Sequence record: DRR723986_9070
DNA: 38,968 nucleotides
Reading direction: 5' to 3' (one strand)
In this document: piece by piece, positions 18,599-28,222 of the stretch
Layout: the number at the start of each line of letters is the position of its first letter
Position numbering within the stretch: position 1 is the stretch's first letter
Notes under the pieces: model-generated
Seen by the model: the letters and a program-made list of their open reading frames with translations, nothing else
Database searches by the model: none
What the model was told of the DNA's origin: nothing
Program-made: the position numbers and the translations under genes

Positions 18599-18631
18599 GG
18601 CTCACGTGAAACGTATATTTCCACGTGAGCC
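18599..18631 (-). terminator. Stem-loop after the TAXI gene (mRNA stabiliser or partial terminator)
   Basis: Perfect 10-bp stem GGCTCACGTG/CACGTGAGCC, 7 bp past the SBP stop. No strong U-tract. Confidence 0.6.
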
Positions 18632-18638
18632 GGTATTG

Positions 18639-19652
18639 TTAATTCAATGCGGCGTCATCCATCGGGATGCTTTGCTCTTCATAGAATTTCGCTGCACCCG
18701 GATGTATCGGGGCCAGCATGCCCCGACCTGCGGTTTCAGCTTCGATATACTGAAGCAGCGCGTGTGTTTTCTGGAAGCGTTCAAGGTTGTTCCAGATTGT
18801 AGATGTGACTTTGTAAGCTGTCTCATCAGACATGCTGTCAGAGGCAAACAAGAATGTTTTTGTCCCGACAGAGGTCGCCGTTGCATCCTGACCTTGGTAA
18901 AGGCCAACCGGCAAAGTAACCTTTTTAAAGCCTCCGCCATATTCTGCGAGGTACTGGTCAACCTTTGCCTCATCAAGAGATAATACGCGGATCTCACGCG
19001 CCGTTTCTGTCGCCAGAACGGTTGAGTGTGGGTAAAGCGCGACCCACATCACGGCGTCAAGTTGACCGTCGCGTAGGCCAGATTGCGACTCGCTCCAGCT
19101 CAGGTGATGGACTTTGCCCCCCTCCGCTTCCAGATCTTCAATGGTCATACCGTGGACCGCCAGCAGGTTGCTGAACGCATTCCAAGACGTTTGCCCCGGC
19201 TGGCCAGCGCTGATCTGTTTGCCCACAAGATCTTCGATCGAGTGGATGTCAGAGCTGGCATCAACCCAGATCTGAATGGCGCTGGGGAAAAAGGTCATCA
19301 AACCGCGAATGTTTTGGATTGGGTTTTCAGGTGTTGCCGGGTCACGACCAGCCCAAGCATCAGATGCGTTGCTGGCAGAAGTGATGCCCAAATCTGCGTC
19401 GCCAGAAGCAACACGCAGCAAGTTTGGCCCAGATCCACCAGGCTGAACACCAATAATGCTATCTGGGAACGCTGTTCGCATCAGGTCGCCAAGGCCAGTC
19501 GCGACAACGTTAAACGTTCCACCGCTGGGGCCACCCCCAATATTCAGAAAGTCTGGATCATCCGCCAAAGACGCAGTCGCAAGTGAAATGGAAGCGGCAG
19601 AAAGCACTCCGGCGGCGACGCGCATGAGGCGACGATTGAAACTATAGGTCAT
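18639..19652 (-). CDS. TAXI-family TRAP solute-binding protein
   Basis: Signal peptide, IGGGPSGGTF, GGSGPNL, SIEDLVGKQIS.GQPG, PIHPGAAKFYEE. ATG 19652 follows GGGAGG. Confidence 0.93.
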   Translation of the reverse strand: MTYSFNRRLMRVAAGVLSAASISLATASLADDPDFLNIGGGPSGGTFNVVATGLGDLMRTAFPDSIIGVQPGGSGPNLLRVASGDADLGITSASNASDAWAGRDPATPENPIQNIRGLMTFFPSAIQIWVDASSDIHSIEDLVGKQISAGQPGQTSWNAFSNLLAVHGMTIEDLEAEGGKVHHLSWSESQSGLRDGQLDAVMWVALYPHSTVLATETAREIRVLSLDEAKVDQYLAEYGGGFKKVTLPVGLYQGQDATATSVGTKTFLFASDSMSDETAYKVTSTIWNNLERFQKTHALLQYIEAETAGRGMLAPIHPGAAKFYEEQSIPMDDAALN

Positions 19653-19746
19653 TTTAACCCTCCCGATTTTTGATAGGTGAAATAGGGATCTAAATTTGCT
19701 TTCGTGCAATTGCTTTTATCAGATTTTTGAGCAAAAAGGTTCATCT

Positions 19747-19763
19747 TATAGTTTTTAGCTATA
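19747..19763. promoter_or_regulatory. LysR T-N11-A recognition box
   Basis: TATAG-N7-CTATA dyad about 95 bp upstream of the TAXI start, just downstream of the LysR gene. Confidence 0.65.
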
Positions 19764-19794
19764 GGTAAATAGGCGCCACGTTACCGCAAACCTC

Positions 19795-20703
19795 TTACCG
19801 TTCCCACTGGGGCCGCAGGGCAGATTTGATATGGTCAATAAATTTTTCAGCAGCAGGAGCAAGCGTTCTTCCTTTGCGTGTGATCAGCCCTAATTCGCGA
19901 AACAAAGGCGGGTTCAGTAACGTGCGAAACACAACATCATTCTCGATAGTGTTCACCGACATTTGTGGCAGCGCAGCAATACCTAGATTGGTTTTAAGAA
20001 GGGATAGAACGGTTGCAATGTTTGAAACCTCGACCCAGGGCGCTCTTAAATTTTCCGGAACATCCGTGAGGGTGTCAAGAATGGGCCTCAGGCCGGTATC
20101 CGAGGCAAATGAAATATAGGGATAACCAGCAAGTTCATCCCAACCAATAGGTCCTTTGCCCTTGGCCAACGGATGTGTCTTATGCACAACCGCACCAAAT
20201 GGGTCCCGGAGCAGAGGTTCAAAATGCAGCCCATCAGAGTTCTCAGTTCGCCCAGCAATGCCAATATCCACTTCACCGCTCAACACTCTTTCACGCACAC
20301 CTGAGGAATTGTCGTCGCGTAGCGAAATTCGAATATTGGGAAAGGCCGTGGAAAAACTCTTAACAGCTTCGGGTAATACATTCGTTGCAATGGATGGCAG
20401 AACAGCAGCAGCAATCGAGCCCTGTGTTCCATCTGAGACCGATTGAAAGTCGGCAAGCGTCGCGTCCAACTCGCCCAGGATCCTTTCGATCCCCGGCAAA
20501 AAAACCTTGCTCGCCTTTGTGAGTTTAAGTGTCTTTGTCGTGCGGTCAAACACCCGCAATCCAAGAGCATCTTCAAACTGTTTGATGGCCGCTGTCACCG
20601 ATGGTTGAGACATTTCCAACTGCTCAGCCGCACGTGTAAATGACCCGACGCGAGAGACGGTAACAAACGCACGGAGCTGAGCCAGGGTAACTTTCACATT
20701 CAA
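19795..20703 (-). CDS. LysR-family transcriptional regulator
   Basis: LAQLRAFVTVSRVGSFTRAAEQLEMSQPSVTAAIKQFE..LG..VFDRTT HTH plus substrate-binding domain. TTG start after AAGGA. Confidence 0.95.
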   Translation of the reverse strand: MNVKVTLAQLRAFVTVSRVGSFTRAAEQLEMSQPSVTAAIKQFEDALGLRVFDRTTKTLKLTKASKVFLPGIERILGELDATLADFQSVSDGTQGSIAAAVLPSIATNVLPEAVKSFSTAFPNIRISLRDDNSSGVRERVLSGEVDIGIAGRTENSDGLHFEPLLRDPFGAVVHKTHPLAKGKGPIGWDELAGYPYISFASDTGLRPILDTLTDVPENLRAPWVEVSNIATVLSLLKTNLGIAALPQMSVNTIENDVVFRTLLNPPLFRELGLITRKGRTLAPAAEKFIDHIKSALRPQWER

Positions 20704-20993
20704 TCCTTTTTACGATGGTGACATGTCGGTTGGATTTCGCTTCTGAACTGCTATTAGCGTTTTCGCCAACAAAAAAAGAAAAATCCGATCCTATTGGTAG
20801 ATCCATACGTCAGGTCCATCATGTAAAATCCGCCTTTGATCCGCATGCGGTAAACTGCGGGATCGTCTGTATTGCCCCCCCTTCTGACAAGAACGATGTT
20901 GAGCTAAGCACCTGTGGTTGGTCTAGGGAAGACTAATTGCTGTACATAACGATATAGGCAATCGTTGATTTGGACGGTTCACTGGGTTTCGCA

Positions 20994-21203
20994 AAGGTCC
21001 CTATCTGACCATTGCAGGTCTTGGTGTTGTTTGCAGTATTTGCGACGGCGCTTGCCAGCCTTAGAATGACCGCCTTTCGCTCATCTTAAGCAATGCATGT
21101 GCCAAAGCGGCTAACGGCAACTCTCCGCCGTCGCTGCATTGCATTCGTTTAAGGTCGGTTTTGTCCGCAGTGCTGCCCTCTGACCAACGGCAGGTGTGGG
21201 CCG
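20994..21203. repeat. Intergenic degenerate repeat cluster 5
   Basis: GAATGACCGC (near 21064), dyad AAGGTCGGT-TTT-GTCCGC-AGT-GCTGCCCTC (21151-21180), terminal box AACGGCAGGTGTGGGCCG (21186-21203). Confidence 0.65.
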
Positions 21204-21334
21204 TCATTTACTGCACATGCTCGGCTACATGCAAATCTACCTTCAAAGACTGTGGATGCCCGCTGAATGTCGAGCAAGACAGGTCAACCAGCTAACCCTA
21301 CAGAGAAAACAGGCTTAAAGCTTCTATTGAAAGG

Positions 21335-21946
21335 TCAAAAATGCTTTGGAAAGAATGCCCTGACCATATAAATACAGGCGTCTTCTGCTCTGGAACGTTT
21401 AAAATCGTCAGAATGAAGATGAAAATCTGTCCACATTCCCTCAAGTAAAGCAATCAAGCAGTTTGCAGCTAGAACTGGGTCAGCTTGCGGGTATGCGCCA
21501 TCGTCATTCAGCGCTGCGCAGATTTCGATCAAAGATGCTCGAAATGATGCATCGCGCGAGTCGATATATTTCTTATATTCAGGCCTTGCGGATACTTCGG
21601 ATCGGAAGGCAAACCAGATCGCAACATCCCGTTCATTGAGAACTTTAGGGGACAGGTCTGCTTTGAACAAACCACGCAGTTTTTCCGCAGGGGATGTGGC
21701 TTTGTTGAGCAAAATACTTTGCCAGTTTTCCTCATACCGCGCCGCCAAATCCTCTGCCAATGCCAGCAGCAAGTTTTCCTTGGATTTAAAGTGCAAGTTG
21801 ATCATACCGCGTGACAGACCGGAAAGCTGTTGAATATTAGCAGTCGTTGTACCGCGATAGCCAAATTGGTGGATCGCCTGAGCAGCACAGTCCAACAGAT
21901 GGGTTCTGTTCTTTGACTTACTGACCTCACGCGCATTGGAAGGCAT
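21335..21946 (-). CDS. TetR-family regulator with a BetI-like C-terminal domain
   Basis: GYRGTTTANIQQLSGLSRGMINLHFKSKENLL HTH, WFAF, LIALLEGMW. Start moved to ATG 21946 because the ORF-track start overlaps the divergent gene. Confidence 0.92.
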   Translation of the reverse strand: MPSNAREVSKSKNRTHLLDCAAQAIHQFGYRGTTTANIQQLSGLSRGMINLHFKSKENLLLALAEDLAARYEENWQSILLNKATSPAEKLRGLFKADLSPKVLNERDVAIWFAFRSEVSARPEYKKYIDSRDASFRASLIEICAALNDDGAYPQADPVLAANCLIALLEGMWTDFHLHSDDFKRSRAEDACIYMVRAFFPKHF

Positions 21947-22045
21947 CGTTTTTCGGTTCTCGTTCTCAGTCAATACAGGCCTCAATTCGTTTCCAGTGAT
22001 ACCTAACAAATGGCTTGGGTCATTACTAACGCATATTTGTTTTCG

Positions 22046-22075
22046 TTGACAGCTGAATAAACGTATGTTCATTTC
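22046..22075 (+). promoter_or_regulatory. Sigma70 -35 box with a palindromic TetR operator in the spacer
   Basis: Perfect TTGACA (22046-22051), then TGAATAAACGTATGTTCA (22054-22071; 14/18 self-complementary), upstream of the aminotransferase. Confidence 0.72.
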
Positions 22076-22102
22076 GTGAAGAATGTTACGACAGGACGAA
22101 TC

Positions 22103-23494
22103 ATGACACTGACGAACTCTGACTTCCAAAAAGTCCGTGAATGGGACAACAAAAACTTCATTCACCCGTGGGAAGGCATGCCCTATCTAGGTGAAAATGA
22201 GCGCACCTTCGCAGAGGGTGGCGAGGGCATCTATGTAACCACGGAAACGGGCGATCGTTTGATTGACGGACCGGCCGGCATGTGGTGCGTGCAGGTGGGT
22301 TATGGCAATACTGAAATCGCAGATGCTATGGCGCAACAAGCTCGCGAAATGGCGTATTTCTCACCGTTCAATAACGCGAACTCGGCCCCGGCGCGGTTGG
22401 CGCATGAGATTGCAGAACGCACTCCTGGTGATCTGAACCATGTATTTTTCACCACGGGTGGGTCGACAGCAGTAGACAGTGCGCTGCGCTTTATCCAGTT
22501 CCGCAACAATATTATGGGTCGCCCCGAAAAGAAGATCGTGATTTCACGGCAAAAGGCCTATCACGGATCGACTTATCTGGCTGCATCTCTGTCGGGTAAG
22601 GAACGTGACAAAGGGTGGCTGGACCAGGCGACCCATCTGACCCATTTTCTACCAGACGTGAACCCGTACCTGCGCCCAGACACACAAAAAATCGACGCTT
22701 TTCTAGATGAAAAAGTTGCGGACCTCGAGAATGCAATTCTTGAAATCGGGCCCGATAAGGTCGCAGCGTTTATCGCCGAACCAATCCTGTGTTCTGGCGG
22801 CGTGATTGTTCCGCCAAAAGGCTATCACAAGCGCTGTCTCGAGATCTGTCACAAACATGATGTTCTGTATATTTCCGACGAGGTCGTGACCGGGTTTGGT
22901 CGCCTTGGCCATTGGTTCGCCTCTGAAGAGGTGTTTGAAATCGTTCCTGACATCATCACCTGTGCCAAGGGTATGACCTCTGGATATGTGCCCATGGGGG
23001 CATGCATTATTTCAGATCGTTTGGTTGCTGATATCTCTGGTGAAAATTCCAAGGGTGCGACGTTCTCCAATGGGTTTACCTACTCTGGCCATCCTGTAAG
23101 TGCGGCCGCAGCCCTGAAGAATATAGAGATTTTTGAACGCGACGGCCTGTTGGAACATGTTCGTGAAATGACGCCTATCTTTGAAAAACGGCTTCAGAAA
23201 CTTGGCGATTTACCCTTGGTTGGCGATGCACGCGGTCAGGGGCTGCTGGGCTGTGTTGACTGCGTCGTGGATGCATCCGTGGATGATCTGGAGCAAGATA
23301 AAAACATTGGCGTTATGATTGATGCACATTGTCAGGCTCAAGGTCTGATTCTGCGGCCAATCATCAATATGTGCGTGTTCTCGCCGCCTTTGATTATCTC
23401 TGAACCGCAGATCCACGATATGTTTGACATCATCGACAAAAGCATCCGGATGACCACAGATGATTTGGTACGCCAGGGCGTTAAACTGGCATGA
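22103..23494 (+). CDS. Class III PLP aminotransferase (omega-amine/putrescine transaminase-like)
   Basis: DGPAGMWCVQVGYG, GGSTAVD, AYHGST, AFIAEPI, SDEVVTGFGRLG, DIITCAKG (PLP Lys), GFTYSGHP. ATG 22103 follows AGGA. Confidence 0.95.
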   Translation: MTLTNSDFQKVREWDNKNFIHPWEGMPYLGENERTFAEGGEGIYVTTETGDRLIDGPAGMWCVQVGYGNTEIADAMAQQAREMAYFSPFNNANSAPARLAHEIAERTPGDLNHVFFTTGGSTAVDSALRFIQFRNNIMGRPEKKIVISRQKAYHGSTYLAASLSGKERDKGWLDQATHLTHFLPDVNPYLRPDTQKIDAFLDEKVADLENAILEIGPDKVAAFIAEPILCSGGVIVPPKGYHKRCLEICHKHDVLYISDEVVTGFGRLGHWFASEEVFEIVPDIITCAKGMTSGYVPMGACIISDRLVADISGENSKGATFSNGFTYSGHPVSAAAALKNIEIFERDGLLEHVREMTPIFEKRLQKLGDLPLVGDARGQGLLGCVDCVVDASVDDLEQDKNIGVMIDAHCQAQGLILRPIINMCVFSPPLIISEPQIHDMFDIIDKSIRMTTDDLVRQGVKLA

Positions 23495-24513
23495 GCTCTT
23501 CGTATCAAATGCCAGCGGAATGGGCGCCGCATGAACGTTGCTGGATGGCCTGGCCATTATCAGAGCGGACTTTTGGGGCACAACTTGACGCCGCGCGCAA
23601 TGAGTATGCTGCCGTGGCGCAAGCCATTGCAGAATTTGAGCCGGTCACGATGCTTTACGATCCGGACAATTGCGCAGGGGTTCGTGAACTGGCGCAGGTC
23701 GCGAACATCACCCTCATGGAATGCCCATTAAACGACAGCTGGCTTCGCGACACAGGGCCAACATTTGTACTTGATGCAAACGGCACACTTGCAGGTGTCG
23801 ATTGGGCATTTGATGGCTGGGGTACCGACTGGCCCACTGAAAAAGATGCGAGGATTGCGAAGCATGTGATCACATTAAGTGGCGTGCAATATGTTCAATC
23901 TTCGATGATTTTTGAAGGCGGCGCGCTAAATATAGATGACCATGCCACCATCGTCACCACACGTCAGTGTTTTGAACATCGTACCCGTAATGGTGGCCCT
24001 ACGATGTCAGAAGTCGAAGCTGAGCTTAGCAATCGCCTTGGGGTATCCAAGGTCATCTGGCTGAATGAAACCCTGGAGAATGACAGCACGAATGGTCACG
24101 TCGACGTGGTCGCAGCCTTTGCACCAAATGGCACTGTCTTGTGCCAAGTTAGCAGTGATCTCGATGACCCTGATTATGATAATCTTCAGGCCAATTTGAA
24201 AATATTGAAAAGTGAAACGGACGCCGCGGGCAAGCCAATGAACGTGGTTGAACTGATTTCTCCACCCGTTTCGCGTCACTCTGACGGCAGCCGCAGAATG
24301 CTGTCATATGCCAACTTTTATGTCGCCAATGGCGGCGTGATTGTTCCGCAATACGGGTTCCCAGACGCAGACGCACGCGCCATGAAAACGATTGCTGATG
24401 TCTTCCCCGATCACAAGGTGATTGGCGTGATGACAAATGCAATTGCCGATGGCGGTGGAAATATTCACTGCATCACACAACAACAACCCAAGACTGGAAG
24501 CCATCATGCGTAA
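23491..24513 (+). CDS. aguA: Agmatine deiminase
   Basis: MPAEWAPH, DSWLRDTGP, EGG, TNGHVD, SYANFY, GGGNIHCITQQQP (catalytic Cys). Confidence 0.95.
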   Translation: MSSSYQMPAEWAPHERCWMAWPLSERTFGAQLDAARNEYAAVAQAIAEFEPVTMLYDPDNCAGVRELAQVANITLMECPLNDSWLRDTGPTFVLDANGTLAGVDWAFDGWGTDWPTEKDARIAKHVITLSGVQYVQSSMIFEGGALNIDDHATIVTTRQCFEHRTRNGGPTMSEVEAELSNRLGVSKVIWLNETLENDSTNGHVDVVAAFAPNGTVLCQVSSDLDDPDYDNLQANLKILKSETDAAGKPMNVVELISPPVSRHSDGSRRMLSYANFYVANGGVIVPQYGFPDADARAMKTIADVFPDHKVIGVMTNAIADGGGNIHCITQQQPKTGSHHA

Positions 24514-25387
24514 AGTCACGCTCGCCGCCACCCAAATGAGCTGTAGTTGGGACAAAGATGACAACATAGCGCGCGCCGAAAAGATGGTTCGCGAGGCCGC
24601 CGGGAAAGGTGCGAATGTTATCCTGATTCAGGAACTATTTGAAACACCTTACTTTTGCATCGAACAAGATCCGAAACATTTAGAACTGGCAACCACCCCC
24701 CACGACAACACCGCTATCCGCCATTTTTCAAAACTGGCCAAAGAGCTTGGCGTAGTCTTGCCCATTTCATTCTTTGAACGTGCTGGTCAGAGTTTCTTTA
24801 ACTCGCTCGCAATGATCGATGCGGACGGGTCAGTCTTGGGCGTGTATCGAAAGTCGCATATTCCAAACGATAAGCTGTATCAGGAAAAGACCTATTTTTC
24901 CCCCGGCGATACGGGTTTCAAAGTTTGGGACACGGCCTTTGGTCGCGTAGGCGCCGCGATTTGTTGGGATCAATGGTTCCCGGAAACCGCGCGTTGTCTG
25001 GCCTTACAGGGAGCAGAAATGCTGCTTTACCCTACTGCGATTGGGTCCGAAGCTGGCCGACCAGATGCAGATTGCATCCCTCACTGGCAAACAGTCATGC
25101 GTGGCCATGCGGGGGCAAATATCATGCCCGTCGTCGCCAGTAATCGTGTCGGACGCGAGGTCGCTACAGGGGATGAAACCCAATCAATGGAGTTTTTTGG
25201 CGGGTCATTCATCTCGGACCATCTGGGGCAAAAAACTGCCGAAGCAGGACGCGAAGAAGGAATGATCCTGACCTCAGAATTTGATCTGGATGAGATCGCA
25301 GAGATGCGCCGCTACTGGGGAGTATTCCGTGACAGACGACCGGATTTATACAAGCCCATTTGCACCTATGACGGACGCATTACCTAA
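24506..25387 (+). CDS. aguB: N-carbamoylputrescine amidase (nitrilase superfamily)
   Basis: QELFETPYFC, YRKSHIP, YQEK.YFSPGD, ICWDQWFPE, YPTAIGSE, FRDRRP. ATG 24506 overlaps the aguA end. Confidence 0.95.
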   Translation: MRKVTLAATQMSCSWDKDDNIARAEKMVREAAGKGANVILIQELFETPYFCIEQDPKHLELATTPHDNTAIRHFSKLAKELGVVLPISFFERAGQSFFNSLAMIDADGSVLGVYRKSHIPNDKLYQEKTYFSPGDTGFKVWDTAFGRVGAAICWDQWFPETARCLALQGAEMLLYPTAIGSEAGRPDADCIPHWQTVMRGHAGANIMPVVASNRVGREVATGDETQSMEFFGGSFISDHLGQKTAEAGREEGMILTSEFDLDEIAEMRRYWGVFRDRRPDLYKPICTYDGRIT

Positions 25388-25413
25388 GTGTTAACTTTGG
25401 GAGGAGAAAACGC

Positions 25414-26271
25414 GTGACAATTGACAGGGAGGCCCGGTCTGGCCTCATACTAGCATCTCCGGCGACATTTTATGTCCTTGCCCTCATCGCGGCACCGATT
25501 GCGTTGACCATCGCTTATTCGTTCTGGACACAAGATTTCGTCTCAATCAAACGCGACTTCACTTTCGCCAACTATAAAGAAGTCTTCACAGATCCACTAT
25601 ACCGGGTGCTTATCCTGCGATCTGTGAAAATTGCCACTTTGGTGACCTTGTTCACGCTCTTGTTAGCCTACCCCCTCGCTTATCACATTGCCTTCAACGT
25701 CCGCCACAAAGCGCTGTGGTTGTTTTTGGTGACCATTCCCTTTTGGACCAGCTACCTTCTGCGGGTGTTTTCATGGAAGGTCATTCTGGCTCAAAATGGC
25801 GTGGTGAATTCCACCCTGCTTTGGTTGGGAATAATCGACAGCCCAATTGATGCATTATTGTATTCCGAAGGGTCCGTCATCGTGACGTTGACCCATGCAT
25901 GGGCTCCCTTTGCGATCCTGCCGATTTTTGTGTCACTCGACAAATTAGACCGCAGCTTGCTTGAAGCCGCCAAAGACCTTGGCGAAGGCCCAATACGTAG
26001 CTTTTTGCGGGTCACCCTGCCCTTGTCGATCCCCGGCCTAATCGGCGCAAGCATGATTGTCTTCATTCCTACGGTCGGCGATTTTGTAACGCCTGCTCTC
26101 GTGGGCGGATCTGACGGCGCGATGATTGCCAATATGATCCAAGTGCAATTTGGCAGCGCAAATAATTGGCCGCTTGGGGCTGCGCTTGCGATCAGCGCCG
26201 TCATCGCGGTGACCTTCGCTGCAAGCCTCTGGGTCCTGGCACTGAAACTCTTAGAACGGAGCCTAAAATGA
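25414..26271 (+). CDS. Polyamine ABC transporter permease (PotB/PotH-like)
   Basis: IPFWTSYLLR, EAA loop (LLEAAKDLG), TPALVGG. GTG start after GGAGG. Confidence 0.93.
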   Translation: MTIDREARSGLILASPATFYVLALIAAPIALTIAYSFWTQDFVSIKRDFTFANYKEVFTDPLYRVLILRSVKIATLVTLFTLLLAYPLAYHIAFNVRHKALWLFLVTIPFWTSYLLRVFSWKVILAQNGVVNSTLLWLGIIDSPIDALLYSEGSVIVTLTHAWAPFAILPIFVSLDKLDRSLLEAAKDLGEGPIRSFLRVTLPLSIPGLIGASMIVFIPTVGDFVTPALVGGSDGAMIANMIQVQFGSANNWPLGAALAISAVIAVTFAASLWVLALKLLERSLK

Positions 26272-27086
26272 CCGTTTTGCAAAAACTGGTGTCGCGCATT
26301 GGCCGTCTTCTGCCAGTCTATGCGGTGTTGTATATGATCTTTCTATACTTACCAATCCTGCTGATCCCTCTATTTTCATTCAATGATTCCAAAGTTTTGG
26401 GCTTCCCACTGTCGGGTTTCACCACTCAATGGTACATCAATCTAAGCGGGGAAACCGCTTTGTTTGGCGCGCTAAAAAACAGCCTACTTGTGGCTTTTAT
26501 CTCTGCTGGATTAGCAACTTCCCTTGGTACGTTGATCGCGCGCGCACTCGCAAAATACCGATATCCGTTCCGCAAAACCACCCAAACCATCGTCATGATC
26601 CCTTTGGTTATGCCCGAAATCATCATCGCGATTTCATTGTTAATCTTGTTCTTAGGCGCGGGACTGGGCACATCCTTATTCACAGTTGTTCTTGGGCATG
26701 TGTTGCTGACCATCCCATTTTGCGTGTCGATCATGACATCCGCATTTGGACAGTTTGACGATTCACTCGAAGAAGCGGCAGTCGACCTTGGCGAAAACAG
26801 TTGGGGGGCGTTGCGCCGCGTCACGCTGCCGGTGGTTGCACCGGGGACTATTTCAAGTTTTCTGATCAGCTTCACTGTCAGTTTCGATGAATTCATCCTA
26901 GCGTTTTTCCTGTCAGGTAACAGCCCCACACTGCCCGTCTATATCTGGAGCCAAGTTCGCTTTCCGGCAAAATTGCCAAACGTGATCGCCCTAGGCTCCC
27001 TGCTTATTCTTGTTTCCTTGCTCTTTTTGTTTGTGGCCGAACACTTCCGCCGCCGCAGCGAAAAATTCAGCTCAGCCCATAAATAG
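26268..27086 (+). CDS. Polyamine ABC transporter permease (PotC/PotI-like)
   Basis: FLYLPI..IPLFSFN, GFTTQWY, LEEAAVDLG, SFDEF, TLPVYIWS. ATGA coupling at 26268. Confidence 0.93.
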   Translation: MTVLQKLVSRIGRLLPVYAVLYMIFLYLPILLIPLFSFNDSKVLGFPLSGFTTQWYINLSGETALFGALKNSLLVAFISAGLATSLGTLIARALAKYRYPFRKTTQTIVMIPLVMPEIIIAISLLILFLGAGLGTSLFTVVLGHVLLTIPFCVSIMTSAFGQFDDSLEEAAVDLGENSWGALRRVTLPVVAPGTISSFLISFTVSFDEFILAFFLSGNSPTLPVYIWSQVRFPAKLPNVIALGSLLILVSLLFLFVAEHFRRRSEKFSSAHK

Positions 27087-27098
27087 GAGATCCCCAAA

Positions 27099-28193
27099 AT
27101 GGACAAAACAATTGCGGTAGATCTCAGCAATGTCTGCAAATCTTTTGGCACATTCCAAGCGGTCAACGATGTCACGCTTGAACTGAAACAAGGTGAGTTC
27201 TTTTCGCTTTTGGGGCCGTCGGGCTGTGGGAAATCAACGTTGTTGCGCATGATTGCGGGCTTTGAAGACCCCACCAGCGGCAATATCACAATCGACGGAA
27301 ACGATATGTCGGGCATCGAGGCAAATCACCGCCCAACCAATATGGTGTTCCAGAGTTACGCTATTTTTCCTCATCTTTCGGTGGCTGATAACATTGTGTT
27401 TGGCCTGGCCAAATCTGGCCTTAGTAAATCACAGAAACGGGACAAAGCCGAAGAAATGCTTGGCAAAGTCGGCTTATCGGGCCTGGGCCAACGCGGAGCG
27501 CATGAGTTGTCCGGCGGTCAGCGGCAACGTGTTGCTTTGGCGCGCGCTTTGGTGATGGAACCCAAGGTTTTACTGCTGGATGAACCGATGTCTGCGTTGG
27601 ACAAACAGCTTCGTGAACAAATGCAGATGGAGCTTCGATCCCTGCAGCGATCTGTCGGCATCACCTTTTTGATGGTGACCCATGACCAGCATGAGGCAAT
27701 GACAATTTCTGATCGCTGCGGCGTAATGTTTGGTGGTCACCTTGCACAAGTGGACGAGCCGCACCTGTTATACCAATCGCCAAAATCCAAACAAGTTGCT
27801 GATTTTATCGGCGGTATGAACTTTTTGGATGGGACTATCTCAGACCGTGAGGGCGACACGCTTCATGTGGACCTTCCAGACTTTGGGCGTCTGTCATGTG
27901 AGGCCCATGGCGTACAAAGTGGCACCGGTTCAGGTGTCACGCTGGGACTGCGGCCAGAGCGCATCCATGTAGGGAAATCGCCCCCCGAAGCCGCCGACGT
28001 GACGGTGCAAGCCCGCGTAAAAGATCGCGCATTTTACGGTGAAACCATCCACTATTTTCTAACCATAGAAGGCTGCGACACAGATCTAACTGCATCTGTA
28101 ACCAACTTCGAACGTGCCGAGCATTTTGAAATTGGCGCCCAGGTTTTTCTCGGTTTCCGTGGAGGTGCCGTGGTCGCACTTCCCCCAGAATAA
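27099..28193 (+). CDS. Polyamine ABC transporter ATPase (PotA/PotG-like)
   Basis: GPSGCGKST, MVFQSYAIFPHL, LSGGQRQRVALARAL, LLLDEP, VTHDQ, C-terminal TOBE-like region. Confidence 0.95.
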   Translation: MDKTIAVDLSNVCKSFGTFQAVNDVTLELKQGEFFSLLGPSGCGKSTLLRMIAGFEDPTSGNITIDGNDMSGIEANHRPTNMVFQSYAIFPHLSVADNIVFGLAKSGLSKSQKRDKAEEMLGKVGLSGLGQRGAHELSGGQRQRVALARALVMEPKVLLLDEPMSALDKQLREQMQMELRSLQRSVGITFLMVTHDQHEAMTISDRCGVMFGGHLAQVDEPHLLYQSPKSKQVADFIGGMNFLDGTISDREGDTLHVDLPDFGRLSCEAHGVQSGTGSGVTLGLRPERIHVGKSPPEAADVTVQARVKDRAFYGETIHYFLTIEGCDTDLTASVTNFERAEHFEIGAQVFLGFRGGAVVALPPE

Positions 28194-28222
28194 TCAGAAC
28201 AATCGACCAACAGGAGATCTCT

